From Tubulanus polymorphus (Eukaryota; Animalia; Nemertea), in assembly GCF_964204645.1 (NCBI RefSeq), contig NC_134028.1, positions 13,709,653 to 13,773,652 on the forward strand: a stretch of DNA of 64,000 nucleotides. Reading direction: 5' to 3'. Positions 13,903 through 26,940 of the stretch are shown piece after piece. The notes under the pieces were generated by a model. It did not search any database. It was not told the origin of the DNA and saw nothing but the letters and a program-made list of their open reading frames with translations. The stretch's first letter is position 1; each line of letters begins with the position of its first letter. A program made the position numbers and the translations under genes.

Positions 13903-16900
13903 ATAAAAAACATTTAAAATCTAAAAGTCATATTAGAAATATTAATAATGATTATTTTAGGTGAAGATTATTTTGATAAAGATACTGATAAGAAACAAAG
14001 CACAATTAATAGAATAAACAATAAATTAAACAATAAAAGACCATACATTCATTCATTAGATAATAAAAACGAAATAGAGATAACTGAAGCATTTAAAAGT
14101 GATATAGGACCAGCCGCTATCGAGTTTAAATTTCATAAAGGTATAAACATTAAAAGAAAATAAAAAAATTTAGAAAATATTAAAAATATTATAAAAATAA
14201 TTACAGGCGTAGAATATCCACAATTTAGTATATCAGTTAAAGTTAAATTCATAAAATCAGAAGATAAACCAATATATAATATAATTTATCATTCACAACA
14301 TATTATTTCAAAACAGCATATAGATGATAGATTAGATGAATGTTATAATGATATAAAAAGTAAAAGAGAAATAAGGATATGGTTCAATATTTGATGAAAT
14401 TATATTTATGACTTTACATGTGTATAACACAAAATATAATAAGTTAACTAAATCGAAACCAATTGATAAAAATAATTTAACATATTATAAAGAACTAGAT
14501 ATTGAAGCATCGAGTTATATTAAACTACCATTTAAAACTAATTCTGTTATAAATGTACAAAATTTTAATGATGAATGGTTTTTTTATGGACAATAATTAG
14601 TTGCTTACATCCTGCAACTGATAATACACATAGCTTTAGAGTATCAAATTATAAACAATTTGAAAAATTTTATAAGATAAACAGTTATCCTGTTAGAATT
14701 GAAAATATTCAAAACATGGAAAGAGATAATAATCTAAATAAATAAAAATATAAATGTATTCGATTTAATTAAATTACCAAATACAAAACGTGATAAAATT
14801 GAACATTATACATTAGAACCTTTGTATTTATCAAAAGATTATGATTCAAATGGTGTTATAGATATATCATATTATGAAAATCATTATATGTGGATAAAAC
14901 AAATCGATTTATTTTTTAGAACAGAAAAAACCACAAAAAATATATCTATGTAGAAAATGTATAACTAAATTCAGTAATGGAAGTGCATTATTAAATCAAA
15001 AACAATTATGCGAAAATCATGATTATTGTAAAATGATTTTACCAAATGAAAAGGATAAGATATTAGAATTTAAAAAAAAACTGATTACAAGAATGAAGTA
15101 CCATTTGTAATATATGAAGATTTTGAATCATTAAATAAAGAATTAACTGATCAAGATAGAAAAGAAATATATTATAAAAGAAAGAAATTAAATTCTAATG
15201 AAAATGATTTTTCAGAAGAACCACCAAAAATAAATACTATTAAAAAGATTCATCAATCAGCTGCAGCTTTCGGGTTATATATAAAATCTGATTATCCAGA
15301 ACCAATTAAAAGTGAATATTATAATTATAGAAATGAAAATGTTATCAATCATTTTTGTGACTTATTAATTGAATATGAAATAAAATTTAATAAATTGTTA
15401 AATGAAAATAAAGAAATTATAATAAACAGAAGAAGATAATGAAGAATTTGAGTTTTCAGATGAATGTTATTATTGTAATCAAGTATTCTATTCATCTGAT
15501 GAAAAAGTAAGAAATCATGATCATTTGAATGGTAAATTTAGAGGTGCAGCGCATGCGAATTGTAACTTACAAGCTGAGAAAATCAATTTAGTTCCAGTTA
15601 TATTTCATAATTTATCAAGGTATGATGCACATTTATTTATAAAACAGTTATGTCATAAAATAGAAGGAATCAATAATGAAATAGAAAGATTAAATTCAAA
15701 TAGATCAAAAGATAAACTTATAAATTTAAAATGTTAGCTAAAACATCTGAGAATTATATATCTTTCCAATTTGGATGTCTAAGATTTATAGATTTATAGA
15801 TTCATATAGATTTTTAAGTAGTTCATTAGATAATTTATCAAAATCATTAGTTGATGATGAATTGAAAATATTAAAGCAACACTATCCAAATAATGATGAT
15901 TTTCAATTAATGAGGTTTAAAGGCGCGATTCCATATTCATTTTATAAAAATCATAATGATTTTAATATGACTGAACTTACAAAAGAACAATTCTATGATG
16001 AATTAAACAATGAATATGTTAAAGATAAAGTTTATAAAAGAACACTGAATATTTGGAATCATTTCAAAATAAAAAATCATGGAGGATTAGTAGATTTATA
16101 TTTAGAATCGGATGTATTATTGTTAAATTGTGGATTAAATTTACAGATATAAAAATGGATTTATTAACAAATATAGATCAATTATTATTATTTAAAAATG
16201 TATAAGAGGAGGTGTTTCAGGTGTATTAGGTGATAGGTATTTCAATGTAAATGATAACCCTGGATATAATCTATTATAATAGATGCAAATAATCTATATG
16301 GTTGGGCAATGATGGAACCACAACCTTATGGAGTATTTGAAAGTTTTACAGTATGAAAATAATGATAAATTTGATTGGAAGAAAAGAATTCTAGATATTT
16401 CAGATGATTCAGATACTGGTTACTTCTTTGTTGTAGATTTAGAATATCCTGAACATATTAAATTCAAATCTAGAAATCTAGCATACTGTCCCGAACATAA
16501 AACTGTAACACATGAAGAATTATCAAATTATCAAAAAAGAATTAAACCTAAAAATCATATTCATACAGAAAAGTTAATGGTAACTCAGGAAGATAAATAT
16601 AAGTACGTAGTGCATTATCGGATGTTAAAATTCTAAAATCTAAAACGAGGAATGATTCTAAAAAAAGTACATATACATACTTCATTTAGTCAACCTAAAT
16701 GGTTAGAAAAATATATAGATTTTAATACCAAACAGAGAACTAAAGCTAGACTGAATTTGAGAAAGATTTTTTCAAACTAATGAATAATGCATTTTATGGT
16801 AAGACTTGTGAAATAGTAGAAATTATATTAGAAATAGAAATGATATTGAGTAAGTTAGTAATGCTAAAAGAATTAGACATTTACCAAAATATCCTAAATT

Positions 16901-17622
16901 TATTGGTATCAGAATATTTGATGAAAATTTAGCTGCTGTTAAAATAAGGAGGACTTCTATGAAGTTCAATAAACCTATTTATGTTGGAGCATCAGTTTTA
17001 GTAATATCAAAATTATTGATGTATGAATTTTACTAAAACGTATTACAACCTCATTTTGGAGAAAAGCATATAGAAATCTTAAATTTTGAAACAGATTCTT
17101 ACGTATTAAAGATAAAAACTAATAATATAACAGTTGATTTAACAACATTAAAACATCATTTCGACTTTAGTAATTATCCTAAAAATCATGAATTATATAA
17201 TACTGAAAATAAAAAAGTTCCAGATAAATTCAAAGACGAATTAGGTGGCGAAGAAATGGTAGAGTTCATTGGAATTCGATCGAAAATGTATAGTTATAAA
17301 ACTAAAACTCATGAAGCTAAAAAGTTGAAAGCAATAACCAAAAGTGTAGTAGAAAAAAAATATTCATTTCAAAGATTACATCAATTGTATATTCAATGAA
17401 GAAGTTAGAAAACATAAGATGAAATGTTTGAGATCCAAAGATCATGAAATGTTTATTGAAGAGATAGAAAAGGTTAGTTTGAACCCTTTCGATGATAAAA
17501 GATATATATTAGACGATGGAATTCATACAGTCGCTTATGGTTGGAATTTAGATTAATACTTAAAGTTCAAAAGAGAAGAAACAAAAGAGAATGAAATTAT
17601 GAAAAGAATTCTAGCATGCTAA
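13903..17622 (+). pseudogene. polB: Protein-primed family B DNA polymerase (copy A, inverted relative to copy B)
   Basis: FHNLSRYDAHLFIK, FIDSYRFL, DANNLYGWAM, FFKLMNNAFYGKT, NPFDDKRY. Many frameshifts and the 5' end is truncated. Confidence 0.93.
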
Positions 17623-17651
17623 TCAATTTTAATAAAAAATTTTATATTAAA

Positions 17652-18006
17652 ATGGGGAGTAAACAAATACACAGTGAGAACCACAAATCATTTCTAGATA
17701 GGATAAAAGATACCACAAATGCTAAAACAGTAGATTATAAATTTATAAAGTTAACAGAATTAACATTACATAAGAAATATTTAATTACAAATATTGAAAC
17801 AATTACAAACATATATAGAGATAAATAAGTTATATCATTTAGAATATGAAGGATTAAAAGGAAATAAATATAAATTCAGAACTTATTTACCAGATAGATT
17901 TCATAGATTATCAAGTGAAGATCTAGAAGAATTATGTTCAGGTGATTTCTATTTCATATACAAAGGTAAGAATGAAAAAGGGCACCATGATATAGGTTTC
18001 GAATGA
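17652..18006 (+). pseudogene. PolB-adjacent ~117-aa protein (copy A)
   Basis: Frameshifted homolog of 34676-35029. Confidence 0.75.
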
Positions 18007-18019
18007 GAAAAAAAAATAA

Positions 18020-18775
18020 ATGGTAGAATTAAAAGAATTTAGAATATCTTTTAATTCTAGAAGACTTACAAATCATAAATCACATAATTTACTAGTACAA
18101 TTAGATAGAGAATTCAAAAACTGTGTAGATTTAAAATTAGTAAATGTAAATTTATGTAACTCTTTTTATAATGTATCGGATACAAGTATTGAACATAGAG
18201 TCTTTTTAATTCATGATAGAAATAAAAAAAGATGGTTTCATCTTTATCTTAAACCAGGATTATATAATTTAGAAACATTAGCTCAAGAAATCAATAAAAG
18301 AGCACGCTCAAAAATGGGTGCATCTACTGGATTTGGATTAAGACTTAATAAAAGTGTTAGCTCTGATAAAATAAGAATAAAATTAGGCAATGAAGTTCAA
18401 CATCAATTTCTAGTTAAAAAACCTTCAACTAAAATCTTAGGAATCAACCCAGATGTAAGGATACGTAATGCTGATGCTACACCAAATATAATGCCTTTTA
18501 CACACTTGTATTTATTGCAATTTAATTGACCAACAAAAGCATTCGAAGCAACTAAAGATACAATTTGTAATTCTGGTTTATTAAATATTTTACCATTAAA
18601 CAATGTTAAAGAATTTCGAACACAAATAAATTATAATTTAGCTGAGTGTGATTTCAAACCATGCATTCCTCAATTTCATAATTTTAGATTAGAAACTAGA
18701 AATCACAATGGATATTTAATTGATTTAAATAACTTTCCTGTAATTAATGAATTAGTTGTAAGATGTAGAGAATAA
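18020..18775 (+). pseudogene. Putative minor capsid (penton, single jelly roll) protein (copy A)
   Basis: LKPGLYNLETLAQEIN, KILG, YCNLID, LLNILP, RNHNGYLIDLNNFPV. Frameshift near 18512. Confidence 0.75.
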
Positions 18776-18800
18776 TTAATAATTTTTTCACTATATAAAT

Positions 18801-19008
18801 ATGAATATACCATAGTAGGACCGAGTTTATGTTTTATTAATGCATCAATGATTAATAAAGAAAATTATAATATAGAAAAAGTAATTGATTTAATTAAAAC
18901 ATCTTTAGAATATTATGAATTAAATGAAGATGGAATTATCGATGATATTAAAAACATATTATCTAAAATATATGATAATCACAAAAATAGTAATGAAATA
19001 AATGTATG
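18801..19008 (+). pseudogene. Truncated small PLV gene (copy A)
   Basis: INKENYNIEKVIDLIKT.LEYYELNEDGIIDD matches 33587-33772. Confidence 0.7.
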
Positions 19009-19368
19009 ATTTCGATGATATGCTTTTTAGATAAATTTCTAAGATACAGTTGACCTTTTAAACTGAAGCTGAATCAGGTACCGATATGTTAAAATTGATT
19101 TCCAGTATGCTAGCCACATGCATAGCAGACCGCTTGTTTGTATGCAGAGAGCCACAGTCTCAATGATGAATCTGGTTACAAGAAAAAAATAGGATGGTTG
19201 ACCAGTATTCAGACTGTAAGCCATCGGACGTTTGGGTCTAGCTTGATAGTTTGAAGCTCTCCTGGTATGCTACGTCTTGTAAATACTACTTGTAAATATC
19301 ACTCTGTACATCTCGACCCGAAAGGGTGTAATCAGTATAATAAAGAGTTTATTGAATTGAATTGAATT
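19009..19368 (+). mobile_element. Probable 3' end of a non-LTR retrotransposon
   Basis: Composition changes abruptly at the end of copy A. The segment ends in AATAAA followed by an (ATTGA)3 tail. Confidence 0.4.
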
Positions 19369-20089
19369 ATCCACTCCTGTCAAATCTTCTGCATGGAACA
19401 AAGATATCTCAACGGGAAATTATCATATTTGAAAATTCCGCTAGTAGTTTCCTAATGTTACTTATTACCGGGTAATCATTGATAATTTTTATCACAACCC
19501 CATTCGACATACAGTAAGTGGAAATCATATGCTTAGATGCAAAAAGGCACTGGCTTATACTCTACCAACGACTGTCAAAGAAATGTTGTTTGAAGTTGTT
19601 TTGTTGGTTGGTAATGATAACTATCTGAAATTGGTACAGCAAAGAAAAATACAAGTTGAGGAAACCTTGTTCTGGGTTGAATATAAACTTGGTTGATAAT
19701 TTAAATCAAGAAGACAATCAAATGTAACGACCATCTTCAAACCCCGTTGAAGTTTGTTACCTGTTCCTTATTCTTTATTTGGTTACTTTTTCCCTCGAAT
19801 AATAAGGAACCTGTTCCCGATTCGGTTTTTCTTGTTACCAGTTAGGCTTTTTATGTGTTTTGTTCTCCAAATTTACTCTTTTATGCCGAAATTTACTCTT
19901 TTATGCCGAATCATTCGGCATAAAGGTTTTAGTATAAGCGCATCCTCTAGTAAGAAATACCCGCAAGAAAAACCAACAGTCGACCTAGAGGCATGTTTTT
20001 TTTTTAAATTCCGAATTGGCTAGCTGGCGCATTTATACGCTATTCCTCTATCCTTGGTCCAGACACTTTTGCATTACCATGTCGCATCT

Positions 20090-20910
20090 CGGATCCTGAA
20101 CTTCGCTGAAAAAGCTAAAACACTAAAACACCGGAACGCTGAAAAAAAAAGGTTCAATTTCAGGAAATTCCCGAAAAAGCTGGCTTACAAATAGAACATG
20201 GATATGCCCGAAAAACGCTGAAATCGTGCTAGGAGCCGACAATACCTGTTTGTAATTTCTTCCGGGCCGGTGTCCGCTGTCGAGTCCTGAACCAAGTACT
20301 TTAGTCTCTACCTAATTTTTGGTTTCAGAGACATGCATAAACGGTATGTGTGGAGTATACTTGGACAAATTAAGTCGGTTGTAATCGGATATTCAATGCA
20401 TATGGGCAGCATAATGAAGAATACACATTCACAAATCGTGCGAGCCAACTAAAAACACTATGCTGAATTTTACAAGAATATGGTTTACTTCTCTGCAAGA
20501 CCGTAAGAAGAAATTCTAAAAATGGGCTTGCTGACATGGTTGTACTGAAAGCTTGCTTGGTGGTTTTATATTTCTGTAGTAGAATTAATCGAACTTTAAA
20601 CTTATCACTTTTTAAAGAGGTAAGAGATCGGTGTTGTCTTACATCGTTACGTGAAATGTTACACCCGGGGACTGGGGTTCGGAATGATTTTTTGGTAGAC
20701 ATGGACAAATTTTTTGGATCGTTGTTCTTTGAATATTGTGGTTTCTTAACGGAAACTATGATCATGTTGATAATTGCCAGATTACTTCTATCAGATTATG
20801 TTCAAATGATTTTGTAGTATAAAAACTTTACAACTGAAAGAAATAATGTGACTTACTCGATTGACTTTAGGTGAAGAGAAGCGAACACGGAAATATATAG
20901 AAGCCACGAT
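20090..20910. mobile_element. Left arm of a non-autonomous TIR DNA transposon (CGG(A/T)TCCTGAA family) that hosts copy B
   Basis: Homologous to 50755-51160 and 41831-42237. Its terminus is inverted relative to 40575. Confidence 0.8.
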
Positions 20911-21057
20911 AGTAATGGGGGTTTAGTGGTTCTAGATCAAAGGTCGAAAGGTCGAGCTCGTAAAAAATGAAAAAATATGAAAATAACAATAATTTCTATT
21001 TGAATTAGTCACCCGCCCTTTCAACCTTTAATCTAGAACAACTAAACCCCTATTACT
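20911..21057. repeat. Terminal imperfect hairpin of copy B
   Basis: AGTAATGGGGGTTTAGTGGTTCTAGATCAAAGGTCGAAAGG pairs with CCTTTCAACCTTTAATCTAGAACAACTAAACCCCTATTACT. Confidence 0.85.
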
Positions 21058-21251
21058 CTTAAAATATTTATATACATGAATAAAATATATATGAATAACA
21101 CATAAATTGATAGATTATTCGATATAATAGGGTGAGTAAAGTGTGAGCTCTTATAGATAGATATATAGATATATTTTAAACATATTTCAATATTTATATT
21201 TGTATGAGTTAGATTTTTAAACATTAAAAGTGTTAGTAAAGTGTGGTTGAA
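21036..21251 (+). repeat. Left terminal inverted repeat of copy B
   Basis: Reverse complement of 39408-39644. It also explains the duplicated spurious ORF MFKNLTHTNIN. Confidence 0.92.
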
Positions 21252-21308
21252 ATAATACTAGAGTAGTGCGCCGCCAAGTTCAAGATTCGGCCGCTAGAGG
21301 CACCACCG

Positions 21309-21477
<169 letters not shown>

Positions 21478-21519
21478 TTTACAAATTTTATAGGCTAAGT
21501 AAAAAAATATGTATAATAA

Positions 21520-22120
21520 ATGGAATCAGAACAACCACAAACTATCAATATTACAAATAACACTGCTGTCATAAATATATACTACAAGAAGTGCTCTAAA
21601 TGTGAATTAGATAAATTAGCTATAACAGATAACAAATTAGCTATATACCAAACAATATCGAGAAGATAATAGAGAAGCTTACAATGATTATATGACAGAA
21701 TATATGAGAGGAAGATATCAAACAGATTTTAATTTTAAAGTGAAACAATGTTTAAGGTCTAGATTAACACAATTATTTAACAAAGGAACGCATTCAGAAA
21801 CACTATCTAATTTATGTTGTTCAGATGCATTTTTCATATCGTGGATAATATATCAATTCGACGATAAAATGAATATAGATAATTATGGTAAATACTTTCA
21901 TATTGATCATGTGTTGCCGATTTCTAAATTTGACATGAGTGATGAATACAATAAAAAACTATTTTGGAATTGGAAAAATTTAAGACCTCTAGAAAAGAAG
22001 GAAAATATAATTAAATTTAATAAACTAGATTTACAGTTATATTTAGATCAACTGGATAAAGCAAAGACATTTGTTGAATTATGGAATTCAAAGCAGAATG
22101 AAAAACATGTTGAAGCTTAA
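21520..22120 (+). pseudogene. HNH endonuclease, large-DNA-virus type (copy B, internal deletion)
   Basis: QFDDKMNIDNYGKYFHIDHVLP...NWKNLRPLEKKENIIK. Intact homolog at 58997-59665. Confidence 0.8.
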
Positions 22121-22172
22121 GCGGTTATAATAAAAACTCTACTCGAGTCGCTCGTGTATGTGTGTGTTTAGT

Positions 22173-22394
22173 TAGGCTAAACAAAAATTATACCTTGTTT
22201 CTCCGCAGCGGCCGGGTCATTTTTGTAAAATTTGATAAAATTTGTAAACAGTTCATTTCTATAGCGGCCGGGTCTGTTATGGTAAAATTGATCACGATTT
22301 AAAAAAAGTAATGTATAGGGTAGATAGGCGGCCGGCCGGGTCAACATTTAAGCTCAGCAGAGCGGAGAAACAAGGTATCAATTTTTTTAGCCTA
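22173..22394. mobile_element. MITE with ~33-bp TIRs inside copy B
   Basis: TAGGCTAAACAAAAATTATACCTTGTTTCTCCGC ... GCGGAGAAACAAGGTATCAATTTTTTTAGCCTA, with internal GGCCGGGTC repeats. Absent from copy C. Confidence 0.75.
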
Positions 22395-22788
22395 TCCATT
22401 ATAACTGCCTATATGCAATTATACTAACATCTGTGCCACATTTTATATTCAGTTGAATGGGGTGTACCTCATTTGAATATTGATCGAATGTGCTATTATA
22501 GTTGAAAAGGATTAATCAATTACATCACAAAGGAACATCTGTTGCTTAGACAGACAGGGCCTGGGTATATTGAGCGCAGACGCATTACTACATCCGAACT
22601 GATCAGACGGTATATATAGAACGTATAATATCTTTCTCTAGAAACACATTTAGTTATAAATGTAAGTACTGTTTTTGTTGTTATTAAGACGCCGGGAAAC
22701 GTTAAACATGTTTAAGTGCTGTAATTGATATTTGACAACTACAACTTCAAGTTAGTTTTATTCTACATTCTAGATATTTAGTAAAAAA

Positions 22789-23528
22789 ATGTCATACAGA
22801 TCAAGAACTCCACCATCTACTCCAAATCTAACGCAAGAAAGTGAGGAGCCAGAATGTATGGATGTCAACACACCGTCACAAGAGACTGTAATAGATATAG
22901 AAGAAAAAAATATCAAAAACTCAGGAAACATATGTTTTATTATAAACAATTAGTGTCAATTTTGGACGAAGTAATTACAACCAAACAATCAAAGATACAA
23001 GAATTACCAAAAATACCAACACCAAGTTTAAAAACATTATTAGGACTTAAAGAAAATAGAATCAAATTGAGCGGTTGTGAACTACACGAATATTTAAAAT
23101 CAAAATTACTGGATCATAGAGATTTATCGAACTTTAGTGAAATAGACGCGCATTTATTTTCAGAAATTAGTGGATTGCTGATAAGCGAGTATGAAAAATT
23201 GTTAACGAAACAAACAAATCATCTTTGGGATTTTATAATTTTTGGGAATTCCTTGAATAAAGGGTTTGTTCTTTTTCATTCGACTCAAACTATAAATATT
23301 TCATGGGCTAATTGGGTTAAAGAAAATATACATATTAGTGTCGGGTATGAAAGAAAACTTAGAGGGATTGGGAAATTATATTCATTTAAAAAATTTCAAT
23401 GATTGGGTTTACCATTTGATACAGTTATTAATCATTTGACAGAAATCGAAAAAATGTTTGAAAATTACCCCGAAATCAAAGAATTCTGGTCGGGATTATA
23501 TGATCCCAAGGATGATTTGCTTGTTTAG
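22789..23528 (+). pseudogene. PLV hypothetical protein with possible helical DNA-binding (DUF3102-like) C-terminus
   Basis: Acidic N-terminus and FGNSLNK...SWANWVKENIHISVGYERKLRGIGKL. Frameshift plus an internal stop. Homolog at 60015-60474. Confidence 0.6.
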
Positions 23529-24124
23529 TTAACAATTTTTCATACTATATAGATTTTTTGTATTTGTATTATATTTACCCTAATTGCATTTTCTACTATT
23601 CTATATTCAGCTGTTGTTAATGTCACACACAGTGACAGATGTTGTATTATACTTTATTGATTCTGCATTCCACGCATACCTTACCGCTCGGCTCCCGAGC
23701 GGCTTGGAATGTGGAAATCGATAATGATTGTAGAATAAAATATATGTGTTTATGAAATAGTAATTCCACCAGTCGTTTCTTTGAATTTATTTTCAGTTTG
23801 AGTATTTATTATCGAGAATCCGAAATGACTTATCTGGACAGTTATAGTTACCGCTCCTATAGATAGACAATAGAGATATTGAATCCTAATTTAAATAAAA
23901 AATATTAAAAAAACAATAACTTCAACTAACCAGTGAATTCTATTATATTTTTAATATTTTCTTTTCAAAAAGAGAATACTTTATATTTTGAATAGATTCA
24001 AATAGAAATTCTTTAAATTCAAATAGCTAGTATCAGTAGTCAATACTAGAATTCTTTAACTTTAACTATCTAGTATCATTTTATAATACTTATAATATTT
24101 TTCTTGCTTTTTTCTCCTATATAA

Positions 24125-24735
24125 ATGTCAAAGAAATCTAATAAGAATAATACCAACATTGAAAAAACATTAGATGATTTGGGCATTAGTGATAATAAGG
24201 ATATTCCGGCCAAAATTGAAAATAATATTCAAGTTAATAACAATATTTTTATGAATACTACTTCTATTGTAAGCACCATCTTGAATTACTGATTGCTAGC
24301 GGAAAGTGTAAACAATTTTTAACTAAGATCATTACTTTTCAAGAATTAGATGCTATGAAACCAGATAAAGTAATAGAATATTTTAAGATTTATGAAGAAG
24401 CTAGATTAGCCAGAATAAATGATTCTATTTCAGATGGTATTGTCAAATGTTATTCAAAATTATGTAACCGGTTAATGTCAATTGTTGATGAAAATAAATT
24501 ATATAGTGATTTGAAAAATGACTACTTAGTTATGACTGAATTACAAAAATGGGTTGGTTACCCTTCATTCCAATTAGGATCGGTTATGACATTAGTTTCT
24601 ACTGGTGTCATAACATTTTCGAATATAAAGCCTATGGAATATAAATCAGGTAAGAACGAAACAGATGGCGCCGTACAACCAAACGGTGAAACAGAAAATG
24701 AATCAGAACAAAAATTAACTAAAGTAAATGAGTAA
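24125..24735 (+). pseudogene. Conserved PLV hypothetical protein (copy B)
   Basis: Homolog of 4813-5393 and of the gene start at 61312. One frameshift near 24250. Confidence 0.8.
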
Positions 24736-25098
24736 TGGTCCGTACACGCACAGTGACGTTACGAAAAAGGCTAGATCTGAGAAACAAATTAAATGGGCAA
24801 GAGAATTAGGTAAAGATCTGCACAATTAAAAAGAGCTAAGAAAAAGAAATTAACTGATATAAATGAATCACAGAAATTATCTGATATTGATTCGAATGAT
24901 AATCCATCTGATTCTTCTAATAGTGGAAGAAATAATTACTTATATATTACAATTGGGTTAATCACAATTATTATATTCTCCGGTGTAATATATAAATGCA
25001 AATTCAATAATGATTCTGATGATAAACCTATTATACCAGAAAATAAATCAAATCATAAAGTCATTGAAACTAAATCTAAATTATTATTAATGGATTAA
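24728..25098 (+). pseudogene. Small basic TM protein (copy B)
   Basis: KKARSEKQIKWARELGK and YLYITIGLITIIIFSGVIYK. Frameshift near 24812. Confidence 0.7.
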
Positions 25099-25133
25099 AT
25101 AAAATTTATTATTAATGCATTAAATAAAATAAG

Positions 25134-26208
25134 ATGAAAAAAGAACAATATTTAAGAGAGTTATATTATAACCCAGAAAGTGAAGTATCATATTCTAGCG
25201 TTTCGGAATTATGGGATAAAATTAAATCTGATAAAGAAAAAGGTAATATAAAATATAGTGAATTAAAATCATGGCTACAAAATCAACCAACATATCAAAT
25301 CCACAAGAAAATGGATAACACTTATTTAACAAGAAAAGTTATGGTTTCATATATCAATCAACAATGGCAAGCTGATTTAATTGATATGAAGAACTTAGAG
25401 GAATATAACAAAGGATATTTCTGGATACTGAATATTATAGACATATTCAGTCGATACGCATGGTCAATTCCAATCAAAAATAAAACTGGTATAGAAGTGA
25501 CAAATGCTTTTAAATTAATATTTAAAGAACCTATTCCAGATAAGATACAATTTGATGAAGGTAAGGAATTCTATAACAAACATTTTAAAAAACTATTATC
25601 TGATAACGATGAAGAATATTTTTCAACACACTCAGATAAAAATCTATTATAGAAAGATTGAAAACTAGAATGTGGAAATATTTTACTGCTAATGAAACAT
25701 ATAAATATATCGATGTGTTAGATGATTTAGTGAAAGGTTATAATAATTCTAAACATACTTCTATAAATATGAAACCTATACAAGCTAGAAAAGAAGATAA
25801 TTCAGAAATAGTATTGAATAATTTATATGGTGCATTTGTTACACATGATTTTGGTGAACCTAGATTTAAAATTGGACAACACGTTAGAATATCTAAATAT
25901 AGAAAAACTTTTTATAAAGGTTATACCCCAAATTTTACTGAAGAAATATTCAAGATTAAAAAGATAATACTAACTAAACCTTTTGTTTATAAACTAGAAG
26001 ATATAAAAGATGAAGAAATATTAGGTTATTTCTATGAACAAGAATTATCACTTGCACCAAATCCAGATGAAATAGAATACAAAATAGAAAAAGTATTGAA
26101 AACAAAAACTCTTAAAGGAAAAAGTATTCTTTGGTGAAATATAAAGGGTATAAGGATAAATTTAATGAATGGATTTTATCTAGTAAAATTAAAAGAATAA
26201 ATGAATAA
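25134..26208 (+). pseudogene. rve integrase with chromodomain (copy B)
   Basis: WQADLIDM, IIDIFSRYAWSIP, IQFDEGKEF, YNNSKH, KGYTPNFTEEIF, YFYEQEL and a chromo tail. Frameshifts near 25640 and 26125. Confidence 0.95.
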
Positions 26209-26816
26209 AGATTTATTTATATTTGAACCACATAATATGTTAGTTACTGGAGTAACAAACTGTGGTAAAACACATTTATTTCATATTAAATTTGTTAGAA
26301 ACTATTTATAAGAATCATTTTGATAATATAATATTATTTTGTCCTACTTATGAAATGAATAAAACATATAATAGGGATATAGTTAAGATAAAAAAGTTTA
26401 TTATATTAGATCCTAAAACAGTAAAAGAAAATTTAGATAATTGTATTAAAACAGCAATTGATATTTATAAAGGATCAAATACATTATTCATTATAGATGA
26501 TTGCGCAAATTTACATGATTCAAAAGTTAGAGAAAGTGAGTTATGTTATCTAGCTTTCTCTGGGAGACATTTCGGGATAACAAAATGGGTTTTAAATCAA
26601 AAATATAATTCAATTGTTTAAGATTTTAGGGAGAATATAAGATTTCTAGTTTTATTTTATAACAAAAATAGAAAATCTATGCAACAATCATTGGAAGAAA
26701 ATCAAATTATACCTACTGAGTTACATGATGAATATATGCATAAATTAAAGAATAATAAAGGTTCAAAATTATTACTGTGACTACAATTTCCATATGAATA
26801 TAAATTTATAAAATAA
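26201..26816 (+). pseudogene. A32-like packaging ATPase (copy B)
   Basis: GVTNCGKT, FIIDD, SGRHFGIT..VLNQKY. Frameshifts present. Confidence 0.9.
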
Positions 26817-26940
26817 AATGAGAATAATTATTCTAAAACTATTTATATATTTATTATTAAGGCACTAGACGTACTAAGCCTACTAATTTTTATTTTATCG
26901 TTATTGAAACAGTAATATATAATAAATAGTTTTATAATAA

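Larger units (their letters stand above)
3450..19008. mobile_element. Polinton/Maverick-like endogenous virus, copy A (degenerate, internally inverted, termini lost)
   Basis: Remnants of integrase, ATPase, MCP, PolB and penton are homologous to copy B, with many stops and frameshifts. The left boundary is approximate. Confidence 0.9.

Noticed and set aside
21042-21224. Duplicated 60-65 aa ORFs MFKNLTHTNIN (also 39441-39638)
   Set aside because: They are a by-product of the TIR duplication, point outward and have no recognisable motif.
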